64,000 nucleotides of DNA from Eledone cirrhosa (lineage: Eukaryota): NCBI GenBank assembly GCA_964016885.1, contig OZ024740.1, forward strand, positions 307,024,001 to 307,088,000, in the 5' to 3' direction. The notes under the pieces are model-generated. The model worked only from the letters and a program-made list of their open reading frames with translations, was not told where the DNA came from and did no database searches. The position numbers were made by a program, and so were the translations under genes. Every line of letters begins with the position of its first letter. Within the stretch, counting starts at the first letter, position 1. Positions 40,251-52,951 of the stretch are shown here, piece by piece.

Positions 40251-40689
40251 ATGATGTGAGTGTAGAATATGTTTATATATGTGTGATTTTGTATCTATAT
40301 ATATGCCTATTCATGGTGTTATAATAAGTATAAACACACATACACTGTATATATAGAGACCTTATTCTTGATATTTCAAGCATTAAACTAATATATTCCT
40401 TCCATATACTGTACCATTTGTTTTGTTATTTCTGTTTACCTTTTACTCACACACATATACAATATATATATGTATGTATTATATAAATGTATACATTATA
40501 TAAATGTATATATTATATAAATGTTCTTCAAAATATGAACACGGCAAACCTTAACTGAATAAGGGACTAAATGCAAGGTTTGGGTCAAATACTTATTATA
40601 ATTCAAAGTCTTAAGTGGGGCTTATCGAAAAGTTGGAGGCTCATTATAAAAAATCTATCTATATCTATCTATCTATCTATCTCTATCTA

Positions 40690-42100
40690 GACGCGTGGAA
40701 CATCACTGGTAAGCTTTTTTGTAAATTTCTATACAAAAAAACTAGACTAATTGTTTGAAAAAACATATCATTTTGTAGATTAACCCCCAAGCTGAATTGT
40801 CAACTGGGTGGTAATCCCATTTTTCGCCCCTAAAAGGGCGATAATTTAATTTAAAATTTGTTTAAAAAAATCAAATTTTGCCGACTATAAAAAATGAGTG
40901 ATTCAGAAAGAACGGTGAAGAATGTTAACAGAGAGAAGAGAGGTAGAAAGGCAGATATTAACGTTATATCTGCTTCTGCCACTATGGACGTCATCATGGA
41001 TACGACTGTCAACAAAGAAAAAATATTGCCACTTGAACATTTTAAAATTTCTACCGTCGAAGCGAGAAAAATAACACACAACATACACAGAAAAACACAG
41101 AAAACACAGAAATTAAACCTATTAATATACATACACATGGAAAAGCCAACAACAACAACTCCATGGACACATGTATAGATAAAGTTTCACCTCGTCAAGA
41201 AATTGCGATTTCTAAACACCGAGGCTGACAATGACAACAACAGCAACACCACAAAAGAAATGTCTTTCGCTGAAACAGTGAACAAGAAACAAGATTTTAT
41301 AAATCTCAAATGCAAGGGATATGCTCCAGCAAGGGAGAAAATTTGTAACTTTCGAAGATCAAGGGTGGGTTTAGAATCAACTCACCCCTCGAAATAAAAG
41401 AAGAGACGGTTCGAAGGACAGTGACCTTCAGGACTGTCTCAAGCACAACGAGAAAGCCAGTATTTGTGAGTCAAGGAGACATAGAATCTACCTTGAAGGA
41501 GACTCTAGAAAATATTGACTTTCTTCAACGAGGAAGACAGTACGGAAGTATTTCCATACTGTTTAAAAGTGAGGAACTCGCCCAAAACTGCCAACTTCTT
41601 TCAAAAACGAAAGAGAGGCGGTTTTCCTCTGTATAGTGGCTCTGGTGAAAGAGGTTATATGGTGGACGAGATTGAGAGGACTGAGGACAGATGCCTTTCT
41701 CTCCGGACAACAACTCATTCCCTTCTTTAGATACCACTTTAGAAGGAGAATCAGAAAGGAGAGAGAGGCAGTGCACCCCAGTAAATTTACTGAAAGGTGG
41801 GTGAATGTGGCAAAAATGGCCCGAGTGATTGGGCCTTCTCTGTATATAAATCTGTAGGTTGAAGAAGAGAGCAAAAGGAAGAAAGGAGCACTTGCACAAC
41901 ACGCTCTTGAAGTTGAGGGTTGTTATATCGATGGGGTATTAAACAACCCATTTGTGGCGCCCCCCCCCCCCCCTATTGGGGATTTCAATTGTTATAATTG
42001 TTTGTTTTATATTTTTTACACGATTGTATGTAAAATCCCTGGCATGTCTTTGTTTTGTCCCCTTTTCTTGTGCGCCCTTGTGGCTAATAAAGAAATATAT
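40690..42100 (+). mobile_element. Probable internally deleted Tx1/L1-type retrotransposon
   Basis: Broken ORF1-like frames (SFAETV, IDFLQRGRQYGSISILFK), ORF2-like C-terminus RRRIRKERE..KFTERWVNVA, 3' UTR ending AATAAAGAAA; flanked by (TCTA)n and (TA)n. Confidence 0.5.
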
Positions 42101-42319
42101 CTAATATATATATATATCAGTCTTTGTGTGTGAGTGTGTGTGTGTGTGTAAGTATATATGCAGTATACATTTAAAAAATATATTTATTGCTCTTTTCCTT
42201 TCATAATTACATGGATACCTTCAGTTAGATTGTTTTATCTAAAATTTCTTTCACAGCTGGAAATTTCCTGAAAGACTAGTCATTTACACCTCTCTCTTAC
42301 ACTGTTAAACATGGTAAAA

Positions 42320-42620
42320 CATACACATGCATACATATATACACATATATAAATCAATCCATCCACCCACGCACACATCCATCCATACACACACACACAT
42401 ATATACATCAATCTGTCCACCCACACATCCATCCATCCATACACACACATATATACACCCCCCACACACACAATCCATCCATACATCCATACACACACAC
42501 ACATTCATCCATCCATACATATATACATACATACATACATACATTCATATACACACATACATACACACACATACATACATACATACATACACACACATAT
42601 ACACACATACATATATGCAT
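42320..42620. repeat. Compound (CA)n/(TCCA)n/(TACA)n microsatellite
   Basis: Direct reading. Confidence 0.85.
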
Positions 42621-43233
42621 GCAGCAGCCTGCTAGGTGGATGCTCTCTGACTCACACTTTCACTGCACTCACCCTTCTTCCTGTATTATTCTAACCCCCT
42701 TTAACTACACCTAACTACCTCTACCATGACCACCATGGCCATCAATATCACCTCCAACCCACACTCACCACCATCACTACCACCACCTCCACAAACACCA
42801 CCAGCTAATTCAACCATACCCGGATGTGATGGCTATTAAACCTGAAGAGCCAATGAAAGCTTCATCGGAAAGTAACATCTCACCAACCAACAGCTGCTGC
42901 AGTTTTATACTGCAGCAGTTGCACAGCAGCCAATCATGTCGCATGTTATTGATTATAGTGTGAGTGCATATTATAAATGGCTATATGGTTTGGGGTTGGG
43001 TAGTAAGATATAATCAGTTCACTACAACTGTCTTATCAACATGGAGTGGGGTTATTAGTTGATGAGAGTGAGGATATTTCAGTTGGTCAGTTGGCTGGTT
43101 GGGCTGGTTGGTTCGTTGTTGTTTTAATTCATGCACCAACAATCAGCTGGTGGTTGTAAAATGAACCATTTGAGAGGTGGCTAGCTAGTAGCTGCATGCT
43201 TTTCACCTTTAGACTTCATCCATCAGTCATCAG

Positions 43234-43453
43234 TCAGGTCGCACCACAAACTAGCACTGCTGCGTGCATCTTTATTGGTAAGGTGAGCTGAGTGCATAAC
43301 TCTCTCCTGCCTGTACATAGCCCCTCCACATCACAGTCCAGGACAATGTGCATTAACTCAATGTCTATACAAGCCAATGATGTAACATTTACATGATTAG
43401 TCAACATGCTAGACATAGCAGCAACATTCCCAACAAATCCTAATCTGCCATCT
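43234..43453 (-). CDS. Candidate terminal coding exon of an unidentified host gene
   Basis: Acceptor GTTTTTCCTTTTTAG, then 72 complex open codons (DGRLGFVGNV...MHAAVLVCGAT) and TGA; non-repetitive. Confidence 0.5.
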
Positions 43454-44159
43454 CTAAAAAGGAAAAACACAATGGATAATGTAGTCTAAGATACACTATA
43501 ACTGGAAAAAAGATGACATGGTCAAGCCAGGTGCACCTTTGAACTTATATGTACTCAATGAAGATTGATGTTAGGATAAACTGCAACAACTGTGTGATTA
43601 TAAGCTTACCTTACTGAGATTTTATTGCTGTTATTTAGTCCTCATGTGTGTGGTTTAGTTCTCATATGTGTGTAATATATACATATATTTATATATTCAC
43701 ATTGAAAAAGTACCCAGTCCAATCTGTCGGTCATTTTGGTGCCCTGATAAAAACACCATGTCTAGGCTGTAAATGTGGTTGGCATTAGAAAGGGCATCCA
43801 GGTGTAGAAACCAAGCCAGAAACAGTTCTACATGAAAAAGACATGGTCATCTGATCTGACTTGCCTCATAACAAGACAACTCAACTAACCCATGCTAGCT
43901 TGGAAAATAGACATTAAATGGTGGTGATGGTGATGATGATGATTGAAGGCACTGATCTTTGTTTGTTCTATGTAAAAAGAGATCATACTGCTCAGTAGTT
44001 AGATGTGTGATGATCTTTAACACCTTATTTTAAAAACAAGTGAGGGTTAGTATCAGGAAGAGCATCCAGTCACAGAATTCTGCTTCAGAAAGTCTTGTCT
44101 AACCCATGCCAACATGGAAAAATGGACATATAATTCATGTTGAGGATGATGACTTATAT

Positions 44160-44570
44160 ATCATCATCATCATCATTTTACATCCACTTTCCCCTGCTTG
44201 CAAGGGTGAGACGGGTTCTATTCAGCACAGCATCCCTCCACTTGTCATGGTCCTTCGTCATCTCCACCATGAGCTTCAGCGATCTGAGGTCTGCTCTCAC
44301 CACCTCCGCCCATGTTTTTCATGGTCTACCTCTACTATGTCTTCCTTCAACTGGAATTTCTTGGCACTTCTTCACCCATCGGTCATCCTCCATGCGCATC
44401 ACATGTCCATACCATCGCAGTCTCCTCTCCCACACACTACAATTTATCTCTCTCTAACACAGTTTCTCTCTCAACACATCCATGCTCGGTTGTTCACGCA
44501 CATTGACATTGCACATCCAACGGAGCATGCTTGCCTCATTTCTCTCCAGCCGTCACATATCCTCTGCAGT
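44160..44570 (-). mobile_element. RTE subfamily B, 3' fragment
   Basis: Matches 50533-50950. Confidence 0.85.
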
Positions 44571-44876
44571 AGTTTTGTGACTTAGATATATTTTCCTATA
44601 AAATGTCTATGAAAACCATCCTGTGTCCTATAAATTGAAGGTCAGTGACAGGAGCTATGGGTGTGGGGTGATGTGTAGCTCTTCTAGTTATGTCTGATGC
44701 TGAACCTTTGAAAGTAAAACGTGTGTAGTATTTCAAAGTTAAATATTTTGAGACATGCTATTGGTATACTGGCATATTTGAAGAAGTAAAATTCCTCATT
44801 AAGTAACACCTTTATTCCTTATTTCTTAAACTACCGACGTCACAAACTAGCATCATTTATGGTAGACATTTTAAAA

Positions 44877-45067
44877 TAATTGTTTCTACTTTTGGCACAA
44901 GGCCAGCAATTACCCAGTACATTACTGGTACTTTTATTTTACCGACCCCCGTAAGCATGAAAGGCAAAGTTAACCTCGGCGGGATTTGAACTCAGACCGT
45001 AAAGGGACGTAACTATGCTGGAAAGCATGGCGTCCGATTCTCTACCGATACTGCCAATCCTCCACCT
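44877..45067 (-). mobile_element. SINE family 1 copy
   Basis: Reverse-complement match to the consensus. Confidence 0.85.
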
Positions 45068-45312
45068 CTTTAAAATAATGTTGCTGTATACTACATTTTT
45101 GTAAGCACATGCTGGGTATTTTTACTTCATTTTCATACTACCATAGGTATATAATCATCATCATCATTTAATGTCAGCTTTCCCTGCTAGCAAGAGCTGG
45201 ACAGGTCTTGATAGACTAAGTCAGTACTGAAGCAAGGCTACTGATCTCCCAGACAGGCCAATGATCTGCATTTCACTATCAGGGAGAAACGAATGGTACA
45301 AGATTATCCATA

Positions 45313-45502
45313 CCATATTGAAGTAAATTTTGACATTTTTTGTGCTGAGAAAAAAGATATGCATGCACCATAAGTATTTGTGGCAGTTGATTATACCAAA
45401 ATACATGGCAACAGACATGTAGAGAATACATGCATGGTTACATAACTTCTGATGGAGTTGTTGGGGTGTTATAATGGCATACAGTGTCTCTAGAGCATTT
45501 TC
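45313..45502 (-). CDS. Weak candidate internal exon
   Basis: Acceptor TTTATTTTATTCTCTACATAG, open frame ENALETLYAIITPQQLHQKLCNHACILY...; donor position uncertain. Confidence 0.25.
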
Positions 45503-45782
45503 CTATGTAGAGAATAAAATAAATGTATCAGTAGTAACTACATATAATTGTTTCTACTTTAGGCACAAGGCCAGAAATTACCCAGTACATTACTAACTAC
45601 ATATAATGTTCTGAAGTTACAACTGAAAGAACAAGTTAAGACAGGATTTTACTAGCAGTGTTATAGAAACACGCCTCTCATAACCAAAACAATATTTTCA
45701 TCACGTATTGAGTGGTGTTTGTTGCTGTTGTGTTTTAACCAACACATAAATCATATATAACCACATTTACTATCAGAATTAA

Positions 45783-45959
45783 CCCTTTAGCATTTACATT
45801 ACTATATTTTCATGGTAAAATTTATGAAATTTTAATGATGTTATTATTTATTTTGAGAACAATACCTTAATGTCAGTATGAGTGTTCAGTTATGGCCACT
45901 TTAAACATAAAGAGGTGAAAACACTCTGGCCAGATATGGTTGGTTTAAATACTAAAGGG
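45783..45959. mobile_element. piggyBac-type MITE
   Basis: TTAA-CCCTTTAGCATTTA...TAAATACTAAAGGG-TTAA. Confidence 0.75.
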
Positions 45960-46350
45960 TTAACACACTGCTAAATTTTACTAAATGTAAATTTAGTGCT
46001 TGAGATGAATTTGTCAAGATTGGTGAGAATCTCAAGTTAAAATAAAGTGTTCAGCATATGAGTACTAGGCCTATTGTATATTTTCACCTACCAGTAAATC
46101 ATATCAAATCTTATTTTTGTATCTAAATATTACATGTATTAAATTTAAATTTAGTACTCCAACAGGAATTGTAATGAATTTGTCATGATTAGTGAGGATT
46201 TCAGTAGAATAAATATTACTTGATTAGACACTTGTAACTTGTTTGTCGATTATTACCTTCAAAATGAGGAGTGTTTAATGCACTAAAGTATCTTATAAAC
46301 TGTGAAATATGGTATATCAATAGCTATCCATCACTCTCTCTCTCTCTTAA

Positions 46351-46900
46351 CCCTTTAGCATTTACATTACTCTGTATTTACTACTGTATTTTCATGGTAA
46401 AGGCTTTATCTTATATAATCATCATCACTGTTTTACATCCATTCTTCCATGCTAGAATGGGTTAGATGGGTTGTCCTGTTGTGGGCAATGCCAGGTCAGG
46501 TGACCTTGCTCATACAAAACTGATTTTGGCTTGATTTCAACAGCTGGATGCCCTTCCTAACACCAACCTCATTTACAGTGAGTGCTGGGTGCTTTTGCAC
46601 CATGGGGCCTCTACGACCACTTTACAGTGGGAGGGGTGTTGATGATGATAATGAGATATATATATATACATTTTTTTATTTTATGTCTTTCGATCCTGCA
46701 ATGGTCTTTGGTAAGGATTGAAGTTGTGACTCCATAATTTGTTTTCTTTATCTCACATAATAGTGAATCTATGAGATTTTGATATTGTTTATTTTGAGAA
46801 CAATACATTAACATCAGTATGAGCAGCCGGTTACAGCTGTTTTAAAAGGAAAAAGGTGAGAGAATTCTGGCCGGATACGGCTGGTTTAAATGCTTAAGGG
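46351..46900. mobile_element. piggyBac-type MITE with a nested SINE/RTE tail (46420-46630)
   Basis: TTAA TSDs and TIRs; internal GGATGCCCTTCCTAACACC module. Confidence 0.7.
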
Positions 46901-46919
46901 TTAAGGAAACTAGGCAATG

Positions 46920-47468
46920 AAAAGTGGATTTTTAGAGCAGTGTAAGCCATGTACAGAGTCATTGTAAATAAAGTGCGAGTAGGAAGTGAGTTTAATGAAG
47001 AATTCAAGGTACAGATAGAAATGCATCAGAGTTCAGTCGTCAGTTCAAGCTACATATATATATATATATGGGATGAGGTGATAAAAGCCGACCTTACCCC
47101 AACTGCACCTCTCAAAGGCGATGACACAGGACCTTGACCTCTGGCGTCATGCAGTAATACAGAAGACCCGACGTCCCACGGGTACAAGCCGAAGGTGAAG
47201 CATATAGATAATATGCCCCCACCCCCTCCCACTGAAAAGTGGTCGTGGAGGTGCCACAGCAAAAAAGCACTCAGCCCAGACTGTAAAGTGGTGTGTAGGC
47301 ACCACAGAAAAAAAGCACCCAGCACTCACTGTAAATGAGGTTGGTGTTAGGAAGGGCATCCAGCTATAGAAATCAAGCCAGAATCAGTTCCCGTATGAGC
47401 AAGACAAGGTCAGTCGACTGGTCACTGCCCACAACAGGACAACCTGTCTAACCCATGCCAGCGTGGAA
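46920..47468 (+). mobile_element. RTE fragments plus SINE-like 3' UTR
   Basis: KVRVGSEFNEEFKVQ, WDEVIKADLT, GTTAGGAAGGGCATCC module. Confidence 0.65.
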
Positions 47469-47469
47469 T

Positions 47470-49795
47470 ATCATCATCATCATCATCATCATTTTACGTC
47501 CGCTTTTCCTTGCTTGCAAGGGTGGGATGGATCTTATTCAGCACAGCATCTCTCCACTTGTCACGGTCCTTCGTCATCGACACCGTGAGCTTCAGAGATC
47601 TGAGGTCTGTTCTCACCACCTCCGCCCATGTTTTTTGTGGTCTACCTCTACCACGTCTTCCTTCAACTGGCATTTCCTGGCACTTCTTCCCTCATCGGTC
47701 ATCCTCCATACGCATCACATGTCCATACCACTGCAGTCTCCTCTCTCGCACACTACATTCTATCCCTCTCAGACACAGTTTCTCTCTCAACACATCCATG
47801 CTGGGTTGTTCACGCACATTGACATTGCATATCCAATGCTTCATTTCTCTCCAGTCATCATATATCCTCTGCAGTTGCTGCCCAAGTTTCACTACCATGC
47901 AGCATCGCGCTCCTCACACAGGCATCATATAACCAGCCTTTCGTACGCAGGGAGAAACCCTTCTTTGTCAGCAGAGGAAGCAGCTCCCTAAGCTTCTTCC
48001 AACCCGTCCTTATTCTAGATACTATGGCCTCGGAACACACCCCTCCCATTTTAATCTGATCTCCTAGGTACCGGAAGCCATCCACCACTTCTATAGCACC
48101 CACCTGCATTTGGAAAATGTGTCTATCAATGCGACTTCTACTGTCTAATTTCCCTGTACATCTACTGCATACGTATTTCTCCCTACCTGTTAGTTTGCCT
48201 GCTAGCCCACTACATCTCTTGTGTACCCAGGATCTGCATTGTGTGCATTTTATAGAATTTATGCCAGTTCATTTTCTGCATATTGAACATAGCCATTTCC
48301 CTGACGGAATCAGAGTTTTGTCCTCTTTTCTACTTATCAACACTTTTGTTTTAGCTAGGTTCACTCTTAGTCCTCTTGCTTCCAACTGCTGTTTCCATAG
48401 CCAGAATTTATTCTCTAGCTCCTCTACTGATTCTGCTATAAGAACCAGATCGTCAGCATAGAGAAGTTCCCATGGACAGCCAGTCTTAAACTCCTCTGTT
48501 ATGGCTTGGAGGACTATAATGAACAAGAACAGGCTGAAGACTGAACCTTGATGTACTCCTACTTGTATCTGAAATTCCTCACTAAACTCCATTCCAACCC
48601 TGACTTTACTGACAGCACCTCTGTACAAAGTTTGCACTATCCTCACAAGCCATTCCTTAACACCTAGTTTGTTTAGGGACCATCAGATGACAGATCGGGG
48701 TACCCTATCAAAGGCCTTCTCTAGGTCAACAAAGGCTAAGTATAGTGGCTTATTCTTCTCTAAGAACCTCTCTTGTAATTGTCTGACCAAGAAGAGGGCA
48801 TCTGTTGTACTTTTCCCAGGCACAAAACCAAACTGCATCTCATCTAGTTTGACCCTTTCTCTAATTAGTTGTGCTTATATCCTTTCTGCCACTTTCATAA
48901 CCTGATCCATCAGTTTTATACCCCTATAATTGCTCCTAATCAGAGCATCCCCTTTACCTTTGTAGCAATTTATGAGAATACTGCTGCACCAGTCTTTGAG
49001 TATGACACCACCATATATAGCCTGATTGATGATGCGTGCAACCAGTTTAGTGCCTATGTCCCCTGATGCCTTCAGCATCTCAGCAACTATCCCCGACAGT
49101 CCAGCAGCCTTACCATTTTTCATTTCCTTAATCGTCTCTTGGACCCTATATTCGTCAATCTCAATAGCTGGTTCCTCTGTCGGGTCTACTGAGGGTAATT
49201 TCTCTCTCTCCCATTCGTTCTCCACATTCATCAGTCCCTCGTAATGACATTTCCAGGCCTCCTTTTTCTGATAATTCGTGACACTAAGTACGCCGGCATC
49301 ATTCCGGACACATTTATCTCCAACAATATTCCGATTTGCATTGACACACTGCCTTGCAATGCGGAACACCACACGCCACTGATCTTCCCGTCGCAGAACA
49401 TTGGCAAACCTCCTACTCTCAGCCTCCCTGCGTACTAAGTACACCTGATGTTTAGTTTCTCTCTTAGTGGCTGTATATCCTTCTCTACTCCCACCCTTTT
49501 TCCAAGCCTTCCATACTAGTCTTTTGTCTCTAATGGCCCTATCTACTGTGCTGTTCCACCACCAGGTCACTCTCTGTCTGGTTGGAGCTCTGCTCCAGCC
49601 ACAAGTTTCATCAGTAGCCTGCAGCAAGTTGTCACGTAAGAAATTCTAGTTATTATCTATGTCATACGTCTCTAAATCGTCTTCTTTTTCGTCATATACA
49701 TCTTGAAGGGCTTTCCTAAATTTGTATTTTAGTGAAAGGTCTTTTAGCTTCCAGACCTTTTTTCTCCACACCTTCCTGACCTTCCTGTATGTCTC
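47470..49795 (-). mobile_element. RTE subfamily B, 5'-truncated, with stops and frameshifts
   Basis: TWWWNS, GKAAGLSG, NYRGIKL, LLYADD, PHD-like insert, (GAT)n tail. Confidence 0.92.
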
Positions 49796-50249
49796 ATACA
49801 GAATAATGGACGTAAAATGGTGATGATGATGATGATATATACTTGGAATTTGTAGTTTACTCGAACCATTGTATATGATATAACGAATTTGTAGTTTGAA
49901 AGCCATGAGAATGCAAATAGGACCAATAAACAATTAAGTCGTAAGAAACGGGGAGTGTTTTTTTTACCTTAATTTATTCATATTTTTCCTTAAAAGAAGT
50001 GATATTAATCTCAGAATATCAGGACATGAATAAATTAAGGTAAAAAAACACTCCTCGTTTCTTATAACTTAATTGTTTATTGGTCCTATTTGCAATTTTG
50101 TGGCTTTCAAACTACAAATTCGTTATACAATGGTTCGAGTAAACTACAAATTCCAAGTATATATCATCATCATCATTATCACCATTTTACGTCCATTATT
50201 CTGTATGAGACATACAGGAAGGTCAGGAAGGTGTGGAGAAAAAAGGTCT
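49753..50249. repeat. ~225-bp-arm inverted duplication, 44-nt spacer
   Basis: 49753-49981 vs 50026-50249 with a few mismatches and indels. Confidence 0.92.
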
Positions 50250-50446
50250 TACGATTTGATTATTTCTTTCTTCAATTCGCATTGTCATGGCTTTCAAACT
50301 TCAAATTCTTTATAAATAAATATATATACTGACCACATCATCTTCACTCTTTAAATATGACACTGTTAATGACAACACTAATATCTATGTATCTTTATGA
50401 TTGTTCTGTTGAATAGGAGGTTAATTATATGTCTAAACTTTGCTAG

Positions 50447-50485
50447 TGCTCCGATGATTCCAAACGAAAGAAATGATTGTCAGCA
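50447..50485 (+). ncRNA. Degenerate type I hammerhead motif followed by AATAAA
   Basis: TGCT-CCGATGA-TTCC aaac GAAA-GAAA-TGATTG-TC-AGCA; one core U-to-C change. Confidence 0.45.
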
Positions 50486-50532
50486 ATAAAATGTTTTGAA
50501 CATAGTTTTGATTATTCTGTAATTTATATATA

Positions 50533-51950
50533 TCATCATCATCATCATCATCATCATTTTACGTCCGCTTTTCCCTGCTTGCAAGGGTGGGATGGGTCTT
50601 ATTCAGCACAGCATCTCTCCACTCGTCACGGTCCCTCGTCATCTCCACCGTGAGCTTCAATGATCTGAGGTCTGTTCTCACCACCTCCGCCCATGTTTTT
50701 TGTGGTCTACCTCTACCACGTCTTCCTTCAACTGGCAATTCCTGGCACTTCTTCACCCATCGGTCATCCTCCATGCGCATCACATGTCCATACCACCTCA
50801 GTCTCCTCTCCCGTACACTACATTCTATCCCTCTCAGACACAGTTTCTCTCTCAACACATTTATGCTGGGTCGTTCATGCACATTTACACTGCACATCCA
50901 ACGGAGCATGCTTGCCTCATTTCTCTCCAGCCGTCGCATATCCTCTGCAGTTGCTGCCCATGTCTCACTACCATGCAGCATCGCGTTCCTCACACAGGCA
51001 TCATACAACCGGCCTTTCGTACGCAGGGAGAAACCTTTCTTCGTCAACAGAGGAAGCAGCTCCCTAAACTTCTTCCAACCCGTCCTTATTCTAGATACTA
51101 TGGCCTCGGAACACCCTCCTCCCATGCTAATCTGATCTCCTAGGTACCGGAAGCTATCCACCACTTCTATAGCGCCCTCTTGCATTTGAAAAATGTGTCT
51201 ATTAGTGCGACTTCTACTGTCTAATTTCCCTGTACATCTACTGCATACATATTTCTCCCTACCTGTTAGTTTGCCTACTATCCCGCTACATCTCTTGTGT
51301 ACCCAGGATCTGCATTGTGTGCATTTTATAGAATTTATGCCAGTTCCTTTTCTGCATATCGAACATGGCCATTTCACTGACGGAATCAGGGTTTTGTCCT
51401 CTTTTCTACTCATCAACACTTTTGTCTTAGCTAGATTCACTCTCAGTCCTCTTGCTTCCAACTGCTGTTTCCATAGCCAGAATTTATTCTCTAGCTCCTC
51501 TACTGATTCTGCTATAAGAACCAGATCGTCAGCATAGAGAAGTTCCCATGGACAGCCAGTCTTAAACTCCTCTGTTATGGCTTGGAGGACTATAATGAAC
51601 AAGAGCGGGCTGAGGACCGAACCCTGATGTACTCCTACTTGTATCTGGAATTCCTCACTAAACTCCATTCCTACCCTGACTTTACTGAGAGTACCTCTGT
51701 ACAAAGTTAGCACTGTCCTCACAAGCCATTCCTCAACACCTAGCTTCCTTAGGGACCACCAGATAACAGATAGGGGTACCCTATCAAAGGCCTTCTCTAG
51801 GTCAACTAAGGCTAAGTAGAGTGGCTTATTCTTCTCTAAGAACCTCTCTTGCAATTGTCTCACCAAGAAGAGGGCATCTGTTGTACTCTTCCCAGGCACA
51901 AAACCAAACTGCATCTCATCTAGTTTGACCCTTTCTCTAATTAGTTGTGC

Positions 51951-51951
<1 letters not shown>
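50533..51951 (-). mobile_element. RTE subfamily B, 5'-truncated, uninterrupted 451-aa RT/PHD-like/C-terminal frame
   Basis: QFGFVPGKST, DLEKAFD, GVHQGSVLSP, YADD, FRYLG; stop directly before the (GAT)n tail; 5' end at (TA)n. Confidence 0.95.
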
Positions 51952-51987
<36 letters not shown>

Positions 51988-52745
51988 TCATCATCATCAT
52001 CATCATCATCATCTTTGTTTAACGTCCACTTTCCATGCTAGCATGGGTTATATATAATATATAAAAATTAAATGGAAAAAAACTCAGTCTGCGAGTATAA
52101 ACAAGATAGGCAAAAAACATTTTTTTATCTAACTTTGTATATATATAGATCTCCCTACCATGGTTTCATTTGGGGAAGAATTAATATTGGAACCACCAAT
52201 GATTGAAGAATTTAATTCTTCAAGTCTAAGAGAAATCGAACAACTTATGATACATACTGTTTCCTTAGCATAGCAAAATGGTAAAATAAAAATGTTATCA
52301 AATGTCCTAGGGTTAATACTCTAGGAGATTTGAGACTACTTGACAGGCTTATAATGTCGCTAGAAATAGCAGCTTAAAGACCGTCTGGTACAGCTCGACA
52401 AATTAAGGAGCAGTTTAATATTAATTAAAGGTTAATTAATCTCTAATACTTAAACATTTCAATGAAAGAACTCTCTCAGAGAAGCAATATTATATATTAA
52501 AATTAAATGACAAAAAAGTTCTCCTTGTCCTCCTTCTTTTTCAATCTTTTCTATATTTCATCTACATGTCACCCACCTTATTGATTGTATCTATGTTGAC
52601 CACTGGTCTCTGTCCTCAGAGGCATTTTTGACCATCGCTGTCTTTGACACCATTTAGCTGTTTTAACAGCTAGTGATGAGTTTTCTTATTTTTATATGTA
52701 TTCATTCAAATACACTCTCATTTTGTCTCGATCAGCGACAACATT

Positions 52746-52813
52746 GTTATATATATATATATATATATATATATGTAATATATATATATATATATGTAAT
52801 ATATATATATATG

Positions 52814-52860
<47 letters not shown>

Positions 52861-52951
52861 ATATATATATATATATATGTAATATATATATATATATATG
52901 TAATATATATATATATATATATATATGTAATATATATATATATATATATAT
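52746..52951. repeat. (TA)n microsatellite punctuated by TGTAA
   Basis: Direct reading. Confidence 0.9.
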
